In this document: piece by piece, positions 11,375 through 24,729 of the stretch | Layout: every line of letters begins with the position of its first letter | Position numbering within the stretch: the stretch's first letter is position 1 | From: Octopus bimaculoides | Taxonomy: Eukaryota | Assembly: GCF_001194135.2 (NCBI RefSeq) | Contig: NC_068983.1 | Location: forward strand, 107,712,769-107,754,060 | Length of the DNA stretch: 41,292 bases | Direction: 5' to 3' | Made by a program: the position numbers and the translations under genes | The notes under the pieces: generated by a model | What the model was told of the DNA's origin: nothing | Databases searched by the model: none | What the model saw: the letters and a program-made list of their open reading frames with translations, nothing else

Positions 11375-11677
11375 TATATATATTAGCTGTCTCCCTACCT
11401 AATCTAACATTTGAATATCCATATTTTTGCTACACCACTTAAATTTACATTATTTGATGACCATAATGCTTATGCTTACAACGTTGCTAATACCTGCTCC
11501 TACCTCCAGTAGTGGCAACAATCTTAACATGCTTGAATGTTTGAATGATGTCAGATCAGAAGTGAGAACAGGTAAGCATGCCTAAAAAACAAACACGACA
11601 ACCTCCCTCTTCTTTTCAGGTGCTGAATAACATCTCTCTTCCCCAAGCCTCACCCCACATATCTTTCCCAGTTTTCA

Positions 11678-13128
11678 GAGTTGGCACTGTCAACATAGGC
11701 ACACTGAGATGTAGGTCTAGTGAGATTGTAGAGATGCTTGAAAGGTGACAGGTTGATGTATGCTGCATACAAGTGGTAAGAGAGGAGCTTCAGCTAGGGT
11801 CCCCACTGGCAAGGCACATAAGTATAAAGTCGTCTGGCAAGGTAACATGGATGGAGTAGGGGGTGTAGGCATACTCCTAGTGGAGAAATGGTTATAAGGT
11901 CATAGAGGTTGTCAGGGCATGCAATAGAGTGCTTAAGTTCAGGCTGGCCCTGCAGAACAGCACAGTACAATTATCTCTGCCTACGCTCCACAAGCAGGGC
12001 TACCAAATGATCAGAACGACCATTTTTATGATACCCTTCTACAGGCTAACTCAAAGACCAGTGGCAATGATCTCATCTTTGCGGCTGGAGATTTTAATGG
12101 GCATGTTGGATGTATCTTCACTGGTGTACATGAGGGCTATGGTATTGGTTCCCAGAACGATGAGGGAACTATGCTACTGGAGTTCTGTGATGCATGTAAC
12201 CTTTAATCTGCAACACTAAGTTCAGGAAACCAGAGAGCCACCTGATAACCTATCAATCAGGTGATTCTGCTAGCCAGATTGATTTCATCCTCACCAGACA
12301 GCGGGATGCAAAGCTGCTCTTAAATACAAAAACCCTCCCAGGTGAAGAATGCACACCCATCCAAGCATAAACTAGTCATTAGTGTCTTTTGACTCGAGAC
12401 CAGAAGGATGCCAAGAAGCAGACCAATCCAGAAGAGAAGGATTTAGAAGCTAAAGAACCCTTCACATGATCAGAGATTTGGGAACATCCTCGTCAAGAAA
12501 TCTGATGAGAGGGATTAGGAGCTACAGACTTCAGACATAGAAGATAGCTGGAAATTCTTGAGACAGCTTACTGAGTGCCACAGACCAAGTCTGTGGATGG
12601 TGCAAAGTCCCTCCCAGACCTAGAGCAACGTGGTGGTGGAATAATACAGTAGACAAAACCATCAGAGCAAAGAAACAGGTCTGGAAAGCCTCGAAGGGTG
12701 GGGTAGCAGGGAACTGTAGCAGATAGCCAAAAGGGAGGCTAGGTGACAGGTATACATAGCCAAGGACGAAGTAAAAAAGAAGTTTGCCAATGTCCAGCGA
12801 CATGAGGACTAAAGAACTGAAGTATTCCAGATTGCAAGACAGTGTGTGAGAGAAAATTGTGATGTCACAGGAGAAAAATGTGATCACATGGATGAAGGTG
12901 CACCTGCTTTTTATGATTTGGAAATGAAAGAGGCTTGGAGAAGCCATTATGAAAGACTGCTGAACATGGAGAATGAATGGGAGGAGGAGAGCCTGCCAAA
13001 TGTTGACCCAGTAGAGGGACCTGCTATCTGAATAGACAGCACTCTGGTAGATAAAGCAATTAAAGGTATGAAGCCAGGAAGAGCCCCCGGCCCATCAGGA
13101 ATCACTGCTGATATGCTTAAAATATGGC
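11678..13128 (+). mobile_element. Decayed RTE-clade LINE: endonuclease domain to the start of RT, 3' part missing
   Basis: RVGTVNIGTL..RSSEIVEMLER*QVDVCCIQ (APE domain I), ATWWWNN.VDK.IRAKKQ.WK, EAWRSHYERLLNMENEW and AIKGMKPGRAPGPSGITADMLK; many stops and frameshifts. Confidence 0.9.
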
Positions 13129-13129
13129 C

Positions 13130-13312
13130 TAGACAACCGGATTGTAAACCAGTCACTTTGCCTCTATGAGGCCCAATGGTCCAATGGTGCTCTTTACATG
13201 CCACTGGCATGAGTGTCAGTTACATGACATCAACATCAGTGATGACAATTTCACTTGGCTTGATGGGTTTTCTCAAGCACAGCATGTTGCCAAAGGTCTC
13301 GGTCAGAGGATC
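13130..13312 (-). mobile_element. RTE-type LINE C-terminus and 3' UTR fragment, opposite orientation to the adjacent RTE
   Basis: Minus strand DRDLWQHAVLEKTHQAK* followed by a ...GTGGCATGTAAAGAGCACC motif that also heads the RTE-tail repeats at 14853 and 15233. Confidence 0.55.
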
Positions 13313-13619
13313 TAATATTTGGGGCTTTGTTTCCTGTCTCAGATGGAAAGTAGAGATTTGAAATATTAAGCTCTTTGTGACTCTTTGTAGCAATTAATTC
13401 TCCCGAACTTTCTGTAAAGTCTTCTATAAACTTATTGTTTTCAACACAGATTATCATCAGTTACATTATATTCTGCATTTTTACAATATTAAAAATTTAT
13501 TTTGTAGTTCTGTCAGTTAGTGATTAGAAGAGGGAAATAGGCAGGCTGGAAGCACTTAGTCTTGGAATCCATGATAAAAAATATGTATATATTATGCATA
13601 ATACTAAGGGCAATAGGAT

Positions 13620-13885
13620 ACACAGATACACACACACACACATAAGTGCACACACACATATGGGCATGTGCACACACACACACACACACACACTCCACAC
13701 ACACACCCATGCACACAAACACTCAAGACATACACACTCCACACACACAAACACACACACACAGACTCAAACATTTGTGCAAATACATATGTATATGCAT
13801 ATACATACGTACATAAACAAATATGTCTGTGTGTGCACATATATGTGTGTATGTGTGTGTGTGTGTGTATAGATAGATAGATAAA

Positions 13886-13916
<31 letters not shown>

Positions 13917-13925
13917 CAGACAGAG
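13620..13925. repeat. Compound microsatellite (CA)n/(TG)n/(AGAT)n; similar tracts at about 400-545, 9395-9490, 11285-11385, 15055-15230, 16555-16660, 17525-17670, 20575-20625 and 40975-41020
   Basis: Visible directly in the sequence; these tracts generate most of the YI/CV/HT-rich ORFs in the track. Confidence 0.95.
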
Positions 13926-14852
13926 AGATAGGTAAGGACAACTGAAGCTATGGTAATGAAAGTTAAATTAGTTGAATTATTTTTTACTTGCAGAGAATCA
14001 ACTTTAAATGATAAATGAATATTTAGATTAATATTAAATTGTTTAAAACCTTGTCAACTCCAATAAAAAGAAAACTGAGAAACGGTTCTTCATTAAATTT
14101 ATAACTTGATTTTTTTTTTTTTTATTGCTAAAATCTGAGATTTTATTTGTAGAAATAATTTAGAAGACATTTAACATCAGGTGTGAAATAAGAAGAGTAT
14201 GAATGAAGGCGTATTAAGAATTGAGATCTTAAACACAAAAACGAAAGCTGCAATTTGACACAAATGAGTTATTTATCATATGATATGTGTTTTTTTTTTA
14301 GATACATATATATTCAAAATATATGCCTACATGTATTTTTATGTAACAAAATACAATGGTTTTGTAAATTTGGGGCTTTTGCATGTTGTTGAAGCAACTG
14401 TTTTACAACTAGTTACTTCTGCTTTCATTAACCAACTGATAGTGAAGACAGAGTGGAACCTACTTTGTTCATTTTTATGGCTAAGTCAGCAGGAAGTGGA
14501 TATTTGATTACTGATCTTTGTAGGCCCTTTAAGAGTGAGAAGATGAGCATGGTTTGTGCTCAGCTTGAACATTTGCAAGTTGACTTGGGCAACAAAAGTA
14601 TGGGTGAGAAGAGACTTCCACTGCATTATAGAGATGAAGAAATGGGAATAATGGTTAGTTTAGGTTCTTGGATTGAGGCTTAAAAATATATGCTTCTATT
14701 AAAAAATAACTGTAGGAATTTTGTTGTAGATGGAGTATTTCAATACCATATTAACTACCTCAGTTGACAATGTATAGCGAATTGCTGTATTGAAGAAAAC
14801 CTACCCACTACAACAGAATTATTATCCTAAAACCAAGGAACCTCATAAAAAA

Positions 14853-15150
14853 CATTGGTGCTGATGCTTGTGCCATGTGAAAACCACCTAGTACACTCTA
14901 TAAAGTGGTTAGCATTAGGAAGGGCATCCAGCTGTGGAAACCAAATCAAAATGAACTATGGAACTTGGTACAGCCAATGGTTTTGCTAGTTCTTGTCAAG
15001 CCGTACAGCACATGCCAGCATGGAAAATGCACATTAAATGATGATGATGATAAAAATATATATATATATGTGTATGTGTATGCATGTATGTATGTATGTA
15101 TGTATGTATATATATTTATATATGTATACATATATATGTATGTGTATGCA

Positions 15151-15184
<34 letters not shown>

Positions 15185-15471
15185 TATGTATGTGTATGTA
15201 TATATGTACATACATATAAACGTATGTATATCCATGTGACATCACGTAGAAGTGCCCATGAGGCATCATGTAAAAGCACGAGTACGGTGCCATGTAAAAA
15301 CACCCTGCACACTCTGTAAAGTGATTGGCATTAGGAAGGGCATCCAGCCATAGAAATCATGCCAAATCAGACTGGAGTCTGGTGCATCAACCCCCCAACT
15401 TGCCATCTCTGGTCACACTATCCAACCTATGCCAGCATGGACAATGGACATTAAATGATGTTGATAATGAT
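14853..15471 (+). mobile_element. Two RTE-3'-end-type repeats (14853-15051 and about 15233-15471) separated by a (TA)/(TATG) microsatellite; related copy at about 30981-31175 (-)
   Basis: Both carry GCATTAGGAAGGGCATCCAGC...ATGCCAGCATGGA...ACATTAAATGATG and a (GAT)n-like tail. Confidence 0.7.
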
Positions 15472-15504
<33 letters not shown>

Positions 15505-15968
15505 TAAATAGATTGATTATTCCTGGCAAAATAATTTCTGCTAAGACAATTGACTATATTATTTTCCCAAGTAACCAAGTGAATTGATAGCAAGAGTGAT
15601 ATCAACTGGGAATCATGTACAGAAACATTGCATTGTGTTATTAAATATATTAGCTGAAGATTTACAAATGCTTCTGGATGAGAAATTAAAGGTTTTATGT
15701 GTGTACACATTTTTCTGACTTGAATCCAATTAAAATTCAAGTCAGCTCTTGGTTCCTCAGTCCTTCTTCACCAATGACTTACACAGGATCTTGGTCTCTT
15801 TGAATCTTGTTATTGCTGATAAATGTTTTACTGACATAAACTCTTAAAGCTACTATAACTGCATAAAACTAGTTACTTTCTATGAGTCATGCTATTATTG
15901 CTGGCTGTTATTTTACTAATAATAGATTGATCAATGGGAAAGGTTATACATACATACATACATACATG

Positions 15969-16022
<54 letters not shown>

Positions 16023-16574
16023 ACACCCCCATCTATCGAGCCAATAATTAGTATGTTAAAAATATTCATAAATTTTTAAATCTAATTAACTTAAATTAAT
16101 CAGTTTTCTGAAAACAACATTATCACCTAATTATTGTAAAATATTATTTCATATTAAATGTACTGCTTTTTGCTTTCTCTCAAGTTTCCATCGGTTCATG
16201 GGATATATTACTTATATTTCATTCATTGGTCAGTAACATTGAAAAATCAATGTAAATTTTTTAAATAGATTTCACTTCTATTCTCATATATTTCTAGCTG
16301 CCCAATTCCAACTCTTACTTTTTTTTTCCTCTTGTTCAATTTTGCTTCAACAAATATAAGCAGAGCAAATCTCTTTTAGTTTTACTAGGCTTCATTTGAG
16401 ACATTGTAAATTAATTTTTTTTTTTTTCATAGTACTGTGATGGTATTAGAAATTTAAAACTTATTTGTTGATGTTTTCCTTATAAATATTTCTGCACTGA
16501 ATGAAGTGGAAGTTGAAATTCAGATAAAATTAATCTTGGTCTTGATGTGTATATGTATGTGTGTGTGTGTGTGC

Positions 16575-16612
<38 letters not shown>

Positions 16613-17524
16613 ATGTATGTATGTATGTATGTATGTATGCATGCATGCATGCATGTATGTATGAGTGAGTGTATAGTCTTCTTTAACTTATTTAACTAGA
16701 CTATTATATGATGAAAAATCTTATGTTTAGGTATTTGTATATATCTGTACATGTGTGTATGTATGCATATCTGCATATATGTATATATGCATGTATATAT
16801 GTATGTACATATGTAAGTATTTATGTACTTATGTAAGTATGTATATGCATGGGGATATGTAACTGTCTACCTGTCTTTCCATTTGTATGCATGTAACTAA
16901 TTATTCATATATGTATGCATTGACTTTGTGTCCATGAATGTAGTCTGTCATTACATTTATACACTCATGTGTATTGCTTATAAATATGTGCTTGTATTTA
17001 TGAACATATCAGTGTTTCATGTCTCAATTGTTTGCAAGCATCTGTTTATAAGTGTTTATACTGAATATTTCTTATATTTAACGTTATTGTATACACACAC
17101 ACAAACACACACACACACACACACATTACATTTAGTTATGAATCAGTATAAATGTACTGTGTGTCCATAGAAGAGGGTAAATGGTGGAGAGATGGATCAC
17201 TTTCCATACTATATGTAAAAATAGCAAAAATCCATTATGCATATAATCTTGGAATTGTGCATTTGTTACCTTAAACAAAGAATATCTTGGTATATTTACT
17301 GATTTTGATTTTCTATTTCTTTTAGCAATATCTGGATTCCATTTCTCCTTGTACTGTTAATCAATATCTAAAATAAAGCTTACAATAAAATTCTTGTTAT
17401 TATTGATAATATTTCTGTCATCATATATAATAATCTAAATTCTCCATTAGTTCTAAATTTTCAATTGGAATATCAACTTCTCTTATGTTGGGAGATATAT
17501 GAATGCCACAATTTCCCATTTTCA

Positions 17525-17560
<36 letters not shown>

Positions 17561-17607
17561 TGTATGTATGTATGTATGTATGCATGTATGCATGTATGTA
17601 TGTATAC

Positions 17608-17666
<59 letters not shown>

Positions 17667-19243
17667 CATAATGCTATTAATGTGAAAATGTACATATTTA
17701 CATACAAAATGACAGGATATGTGTACACCAGCTTCTTTTCAGGATTTATTCAACAGCTTACAGAAAACTTCTCAAAAAATAGCTGATCTAGTCCTTTTGT
17801 TTCTTTGAGATAAGAAAGTAACAGTGCAATTGTGATATTGGACAGTTCAACTGACTATGATAAAGTAGTTAAAGATTATTACAGTGTTAAATTAAATGGT
17901 ACAAATTCTATTGCATATACAATGACTGCTAAATGAAGTGAATTATTGCAGCAGAGAAGTTAATATCTCAATAACAAGTTATCAAGTGTTAAGACATTAT
18001 TATTCATTTATTTATTCTAGTCAATGAGAATTGTTAAAGACAAGAAAGTAGTACACTGAAAACCTTTGCATAGTACTGAATGCTTGTTTAACATTTCCAG
18101 TTGCTTGAAGGTACACACATCTTTGATAAAATTTACAGTAACATTGATTTAAGACTCTAACTTTGTTTCGATTCTGTTATTCACTTTGGCATATTAACCT
18201 GTTGAGGACAGATTATTGAAACAATGCATGAGTAGAAATAAGGCCATTCAACAAAGTGCAACAAACAAAAGTTTCAACTTAGACAAGATTTGAAATGATA
18301 AATCAAATTAGAGAAATAAAGTTTCATTGTTAAGAAATAAAACCCTGTTTCTGTACGAATTACATAAAAGAAAATGAATTTAAGAAGTTGAATACTGTAA
18401 ATTCTGTTTAGTCCTTTGATAACAATCTATGTGTGGTTGATCTCAGGTTATTTTCACCCTTTTGATATCAGCCTGCCCTGTTTTAAAGTGATACAAATTA
18501 AAATCCTTCCATAAAAATTTTGTATCAGTTTGTGTTCCAAATGCCAGCTTAATTAATAACAAAGTTATTTTACTATAGTCTTCACGTTTCCAAATCAAAT
18601 GAAACAAAGGCAGCATATTTTAACAGAAATATGGTAACAACAGGATTATTGAGTTTATATGTAAATTTAAGGCAGTTATCAAAATTCTATGTAAAATCTT
18701 TTATTCAAAACTCTAGCGTAATAATGAAGTAGTTGTTTAAATAAATACTTATAAGTTTTTCAAAATTAATTGAAACACATGGGCAGAATATTTTATTAGA
18801 AATATAGTCATGAAAAGGTAAAAGGAAACAAAAACTAATTAATTATGTTTGAAAGGGAGAAAAGCACTTGATATCTATTTACTAATGTTGCTTTATGTCT
18901 ATAGAAAGGACATTTAATTCTCAATGGCCAAATCTATCTAGTTCTAACTTATTTATTCTTAATTTTATATTGCAATTGGTGAAAACTACTGTGCTGGTTA
19001 CTGATTTCCAATGAGCAAGGCACTAATTTAGAAATTTTCTGACAGTGATGCAGGTGTGATAGTGCAGTAAGAAGTTTGCTTCCCAACCACATGGCTTTTG
19101 GGTTCTGTGCCATTGTATGGTACCTTCGGTAAGTGTCTTCTTCTATTGACCTGGATCAACAAAGGCCTTGTGAGTGGATTTGGTTGATGGAAACTAAAAG
19201 AAGTCAGTCATATATGTATATAAATATAATATATGTGTGTGTA

Positions 19244-19610
19244 TCTTATATATAAATGGCAATTTCTGTCTGTCAGTTTGTCTGCCTGTCTGTTAACATC
19301 TTGCTGCCAAACCAGGGAAGCAATCTTCACCAAACTATGTATACATGTTGAACTAACATCCAGTTCAATTATAGGTTAATTGGACTTCAATAAAAATCGA
19401 TAATGGACCGACTACGGGGGTTGGGCTATTACATGATAAAATGAAACGGGTGCAAAAGTGTTAGGTTCAGGGAACCTAAAAAAGTGTTAGGTTCAGTGGC
19501 TAATATCAGGGAAGGGAAGGAGACAGGAAAAGATAGACACACAGAGAATGTGAGAGAAATACTGAGTGAATGACAGACAGGGAAGTCTTCCATATATATA
19601 AAATAGAATT
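19244..19610 (+). mobile_element. Possible non-autonomous Helitron-like fragment
   Basis: Begins ATCTTATATATAAA...TCTGTCTGTC...CAATCTTCACCAAACT, which resembles Helitron-type 5' ends. Contains a 17-bp direct repeat AAAAGTGTTAGGTTCAG. No 3' hairpin/CTAG found. Confidence 0.3.
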
Positions 19611-19655
19611 TATATATGCGCGTGCGCATGTGTGTGCGTGTGCATATCTTCCTGA

Positions 19656-20570
19656 TGCATTTGAAAACTGAGTTGCTATTTTGACATATAGGGAATCAAA
19701 GGATTGAGTAATCTTTCAGCTAGCAAGTAAACTTTATTTTCATTTACATATTTGTATTACAAAAATTTTACATTGTAATCTTTTCTATAAGTCAACTATC
19801 ATAAACATTTTATACAACAACAACAAATATGTCACATTTTCTATGAGTGTGTACCTTAAAAGACATCCATTTCTCTATATGTTATGACAAAGTACAGTTA
19901 CTCACTCTCTCTCACATGCACACGTGCACACATACACACATATATGCAAAGAAGTTGTATGCATATGTATTTATGTTTGTGTATATGAAAGATGTGTGTG
20001 CATGAGAAAGAGAGAGAGAAAAACCAAGTGAGTGACACACATACATGACAACACACACCTTCACTCTGTCTCCTTCTCTCTCTCACCCACATGCACACAC
20101 ACAGACGTCCATTTCATATACATGTACATACATCTTTCATTTTCTTCTCTCACTTCAAACCAAATGTCACAGTTTCACTTTCTCTTCTCTTTCAATTTCT
20201 GTTCTCTTCAAAGCATAAAGAAATAAAAAATTTTTTACGGAAATTAACGAATACATTCAAAAACTGAGTTGCCAATTTTGATGTAAGAGATATCAAATGA
20301 TTCAGTAATCTTTCGGCTAACAAATAAACTTTATTACCATTTACATATTTGCATTACAAAAATTTAACATTATAACCTTTCTATAATTCAACTATTCTAA
20401 ATGACATTTTATACTACGACAACAACAACGTCACATTTTCTATATGAGCGTTACCTCAAAAGACATCCATTTCACTATATATTATGAAGAAATACAATCA
20501 CTCACTTTCTCTCTTACATGCACACATACGTATGCATAGGTATTTATGTACATGTATATGAAAGATAATT

Positions 20571-20628
<58 letters not shown>

Positions 20629-20815
20629 TGAGTACCACTTACTCATACATGCCATAAAATACATACATGACAACACACCTTCACTCTCTCTCTCTCTCAT
20701 ACACATACACACATCCATTTCATATACACATACATACATCTTTCACTTTTTCTTCTCTTTCACTTTTTGTTCTCTTCAAAGAATAAAGAAATGAATATTT
20801 ATGGAAAGTAACAAA
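19656..20815. repeat. Diverged tandem duplication, two units of about 596 bp
   Basis: Collinear anchors in both units: AAAACTGAGTTGC (19664 and 20260), GTAATCTTTC.GCTA.CAA.TAAACTTTATT, AAAAGACATCCATTTC and GTTCTCTTCAAAG.ATAAAGAAAT. Confidence 0.9.
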
Positions 20816-21497
20816 CAATCATATGATCCCAACCATATGATCAAGTTGAAAACTTTCTTGCTTCCAATGAAAGAATACCATAAAATAACTTTCTTTGGCA
20901 CACGCACACACACACACTTACACACACACACACACACACACACACGGTAAAAATTCTGTATCTATTATGTTATTTCTTGCTGTGTGCATGTGCAAAATTA
21001 CAGCTCAAATCCAATTGAAACCACATTTTTCTATTTTGTAATTCGTATTTGTGATGAGTGTATTTAAAAACCTGATCTTCGATATAGATTTAAAAGGAAG
21101 TTCTCCCAGAAATCCTGTCCTTTACCTGTTGTTTCTAGCATTCCGAGGTGACATTTGTACCCCACCCACCTGATTTTTTTCCTAAGTTTCTTCCGATTCC
21201 TATGTTTTCATTATAGGAGATTAGGATTTCATCCAAAAAACATGTTCTCAACATTTTAATTTTCTCCCTCCTCTTCTCAATTTCTTCAGTAATCTACAGA
21301 GAGAAAAACAGAGAGTATGAATCTTTAAGAATTTTCTTCTTTCTTTTTTCTTAAAGAAACACTAAAATCTCCTTCCCAAACATCTACTCATCACTGCACC
21401 ACTTTCAAAAGCTACAAATTCCCAATGTTTCCCTTTTAGCTTTTTGGAAAGCAGGGAAGTTGTTTACCTGTTGTTTGTAGCATGTCAGGTTTTCTGG

Positions 21498-22097
21498 NNN
21501 NNNNNNNNNNNNNNNNNNNNNNNNNNNNNNNNNNNNNNNNNNNNNNNNNNNNNNNNNNNNNNNNNNNNNNNNNNNNNNNNNNNNNNNNNNNNNNNNNNNN
21601 NNNNNNNNNNNNNNNNNNNNNNNNNNNNNNNNNNNNNNNNNNNNNNNNNNNNNNNNNNNNNNNNNNNNNNNNNNNNNNNNNNNNNNNNNNNNNNNNNNNN
21701 NNNNNNNNNNNNNNNNNNNNNNNNNNNNNNNNNNNNNNNNNNNNNNNNNNNNNNNNNNNNNNNNNNNNNNNNNNNNNNNNNNNNNNNNNNNNNNNNNNNN
21801 NNNNNNNNNNNNNNNNNNNNNNNNNNNNNNNNNNNNNNNNNNNNNNNNNNNNNNNNNNNNNNNNNNNNNNNNNNNNNNNNNNNNNNNNNNNNNNNNNNNN
21901 NNNNNNNNNNNNNNNNNNNNNNNNNNNNNNNNNNNNNNNNNNNNNNNNNNNNNNNNNNNNNNNNNNNNNNNNNNNNNNNNNNNNNNNNNNNNNNNNNNNN
22001 NNNNNNNNNNNNNNNNNNNNNNNNNNNNNNNNNNNNNNNNNNNNNNNNNNNNNNNNNNNNNNNNNNNNNNNNNNNNNNNNNNNNNNNNNNNNNNNNN
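21498..22097. other. Assembly gap (N run)
   Basis: Run of N. Confidence 0.99.
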
Positions 22098-22131
<34 letters not shown>

Positions 22132-22716
22132 TGTGTGTGTGTGTGTGTGTGTGTTTGTGTGTGTGAACAGACACCAGTCTTTGTCTTTTGTTTTTCTGTA
22201 AATTTCAACTATATATATGTGCGTGTGTGTGTGTGTGTGTGTGTGTATACACACACATATAACTTATTGTCATCATTGTTTAACCTATGACCAGCTCTTA
22301 TAAAGTAGACCAAAATACAATGATGCTCCTATCTCTTCAGGATTATATTCCCATTTTTTGGCTGCTATTTATAGAATATCTCATGATGCCAAATTATCTC
22401 TTGTTAGGGATACTACTAGTATAATTTAATATATATGCTGTGGAATTGCCAAGTATTTTATTGACCTTTTGATCTTGGAGGAGAAATTATGAAAACGTGT
22501 ATGGCAAATGTGAAAATGATATTTACTGTTTTTATTTGAAAACTTTGTCCCAAAGCTTTTACTTAAATTTGGTTTAGAATCACAGCCTAACAATATTTCC
22601 ATAAAAGGCAAGACCAGGTATGAGTAATTAATTGTTTCACCATACAAAGGTATAAATGCTTATGTAAACATAGTTTGACCAGTTATCATTGGCTGGTACA
22701 TAACCAATAAAGTGTT

Positions 22717-23103
22717 TTTTTGTTGTTGGCATTCCGTCGCTTACGATGTCGAGTGTTTCAGTTGATCCATTCAACGCAACAGCCTGCTCGTGAAATTAAC
22801 GTGCAAGTGGCTGAGCACTCTACAGACACGTGTACCCTTAACGTAGTTCTCGGAGATATTCAGCGTGACATAGTGTGACAAGGCTGGCCCTTTGAATTAC
22901 AGGCACAACAGAAACAGGAAGAAAGAGTGCGAGAAAGTTGTGGTGAAAGAGTACAGCAGGGTTCGCCACCATCCCCTGCCGGAGCCTCGTGGAGCTTTAG
23001 GTGTTTTCGCTCAATAAACACTCACAACGCCCGGTCTGGGAATCGAAACCGTGATCCTATGATCGCGAGTCCGCTGCCCTAACCACTGGGCCATTGAGCC
23101 TCC
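22717..23103 (-). mobile_element. tRNA-derived SINE (family B), full length
   Basis: 14-bp TSD ACCAATAAAGTGTT at 22703-22716 and 23104-23117. Minus-strand head TGGAGGC.CAATGGCCCAGTGGTTAGGG (A-box) ...GGTTTCGATTCCC (B-box), with a (AAC)-type tail. Confidence 0.9.
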
Positions 23104-23212
23104 ACCAATAAAGTGTTATACTGAAAAGAAAGTCATGTGGAACTTCTGCAAAATAGTTCTGCCAAAGCTTCTACAAGCTTACTATTTATAACACTTACTA
23201 TTTTTTCAACAG

Positions 23213-24428
23213 CTCCCATAATCCCTCAGCAATCAGTGTAGATGTTAATGCCTGAAAGGCAGTTAATTCAATGAAAAGTGAAATAATGAGAATGGGCACA
23301 GTATCTTCACAGGAAGTAATAGCTCCTGCTATACAAAATCTTGATAAGGAAGCACAATCATGGTTGTAAACTATTCCTGGATGTTCATGTAACATACATA
23401 ACTGGAGCCAACATGCTTTAGGAATACCAGCACTTCCAACTTTTTGTTTAAGGTTTGAAATTCCTGATGCAGTTAAGTACTTAGAAAATGGGTCCGTGTT
23501 TTTGATCTTTGACAGTGGCATTGATGACTCAGACAGAATTTTAGTTCTTTTCTCAGAAAAAGGCTTGGATGATCTAGAAAGCTCTGAAATTTGGCCTGTG
23601 ATGGGACTTTTATGGTGTCTCCTAGTTTGTGGTGTCAGCTTTTCCCACTACATACCATCATTGGAGGATCATGTGAGCCCAGGCTATTTGCCTTATTTTT
23701 TGACAAAAACGAAGCCTCATATCATCATGTTCTGTCTGCTGTGCAGGATTTAAGGGCAAATTGTCGACCTGCGACTTGTCTCATGGACTTTTAAAAAAGC
23801 TCTCCATGATTCATTTGTTTCTGTATTTCCTCATTTAGAAGTAGTTGGGTGTCTTTTTCATCTCGGACAGTCTATTTGGTGGAAGATATGTGCACTTGGT
23901 GAGAGTAGGAGATACAACACAGATGAAAGTTTTCAGCTTAAAATTAAGTGTTTTTGCGCTTTAACATTTTTACCAATTAAAGACATTATCCATGGATTTG
24001 AAGATCTGTCTGATGATGAAAGCATTCCTTCTGAGTTTATCACTTATTTTGAGAATTCATACATTGGGACTGTAAGGGGATGCCGTCTTCATCGAAGAAA
24101 AGAAACCCCACAGTTTCCTATCCAACTCTGGAATATACGTGACTGCATTTTAAATGACTTGCCAAGAGCAAATAATCCGGTAGAAGGGTTCCACAATACT
24201 TTGCGGTCATCAATAACATACAAACATCAAAATTGTGGAAACTTTGCCAGGCCCTTAAGACTGAAAAAAGCTTAAGCCTGACGAAAATTGTGCATATTCA
24301 ACATGAGGACTCAACAACAAAGAAAGTCCTATCAAATGATTGATGCACGACTAAAGAAACTAGATGAGAATTATCAATCTGAAAACGCTCAGCAATTTTA
24401 AAGAAATATTGCACTCAATTTGTCATAA
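23213..24428 (+). pseudogene. Mutator-like (MULE) DDE transposase pseudogene
   Basis: Manual translation across frameshifts: SHNP...FLIFDSGIDDSDRILVLFSEKGL..L..SEIW / ACDGTF.VSP.LW.QLF.LH...PRLFAL..K.EASY / MDF*.A....F...FP..EVVGCLFHLGQSIW / FYENSYIG-like YFENSYIG..RG / LWN...LNDLPRANNPVEGFHN / ...NIALNLS*. Catalytic D (CDGTF), D (MDF) and E (VEG) are recognisable. Confidence 0.9.
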
Positions 24429-24539
24429 AAGAATTTTCTTCAAATATATTAGTTTTTTTCATAACTTCATTTCTATGTACTCGCCATCATTTTTGTGTAA
24501 ATATGTGAATAAAATGTGAGCTAAAATGTATTCATATTA

Positions 24540-24595
24540 CCTATAGTGAAATTTACCGTAGTGGAATTTACCTAGGACTGCAGTAAATTTCTGTT
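24540..24595. repeat. Probable MULE right terminal/subterminal repeat remnant
   Basis: Tandem TAGTG(A/G)AATTTACC motif twice, about 115 bp downstream of the transposase stop. The matching left end was not confidently found. Confidence 0.4.
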
Positions 24596-24729
24596 TTGTT
24601 TTGTTTATTACTTCAAGTTAACTCCTTTTGTAGTGAAGATAAGGTGGTACACATTGTAAGATATCAAGCACCATGCTCCAGAGGGTCAAGTTTGTGCATT
24701 GTATTTCACTATTCAAAGTCACCAAACTC

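Noticed and set aside
12500-12515. Other CTGATGA hits (about 12503, 24009 and 31250) as hammerheads
   Set aside because: No flanking stem II-GAAA architecture; they lie inside other transposon sequence.
13513-17786. Many overlapping ORFs rich in YI, CV, HT and MYV repeats
   Set aside because: Dinucleotide and tetranucleotide microsatellite translations with no domain content.
22196-22213. GTAAATTTCAACTATA as the left MULE terminal repeat matching TATAGTGAAATTTAC at about 24542
   Set aside because: A short, AT-rich, gapped match next to microsatellite, with no TSD. Chance cannot be excluded.
21405-22254. Long ORFs of 215-272 aa (also 5993-6670)
   Set aside because: They are open only because they cross N gaps.
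23198-23521. 107-aa minus-strand ORF
   Set aside because: Antisense shadow of the MULE transposase frame.
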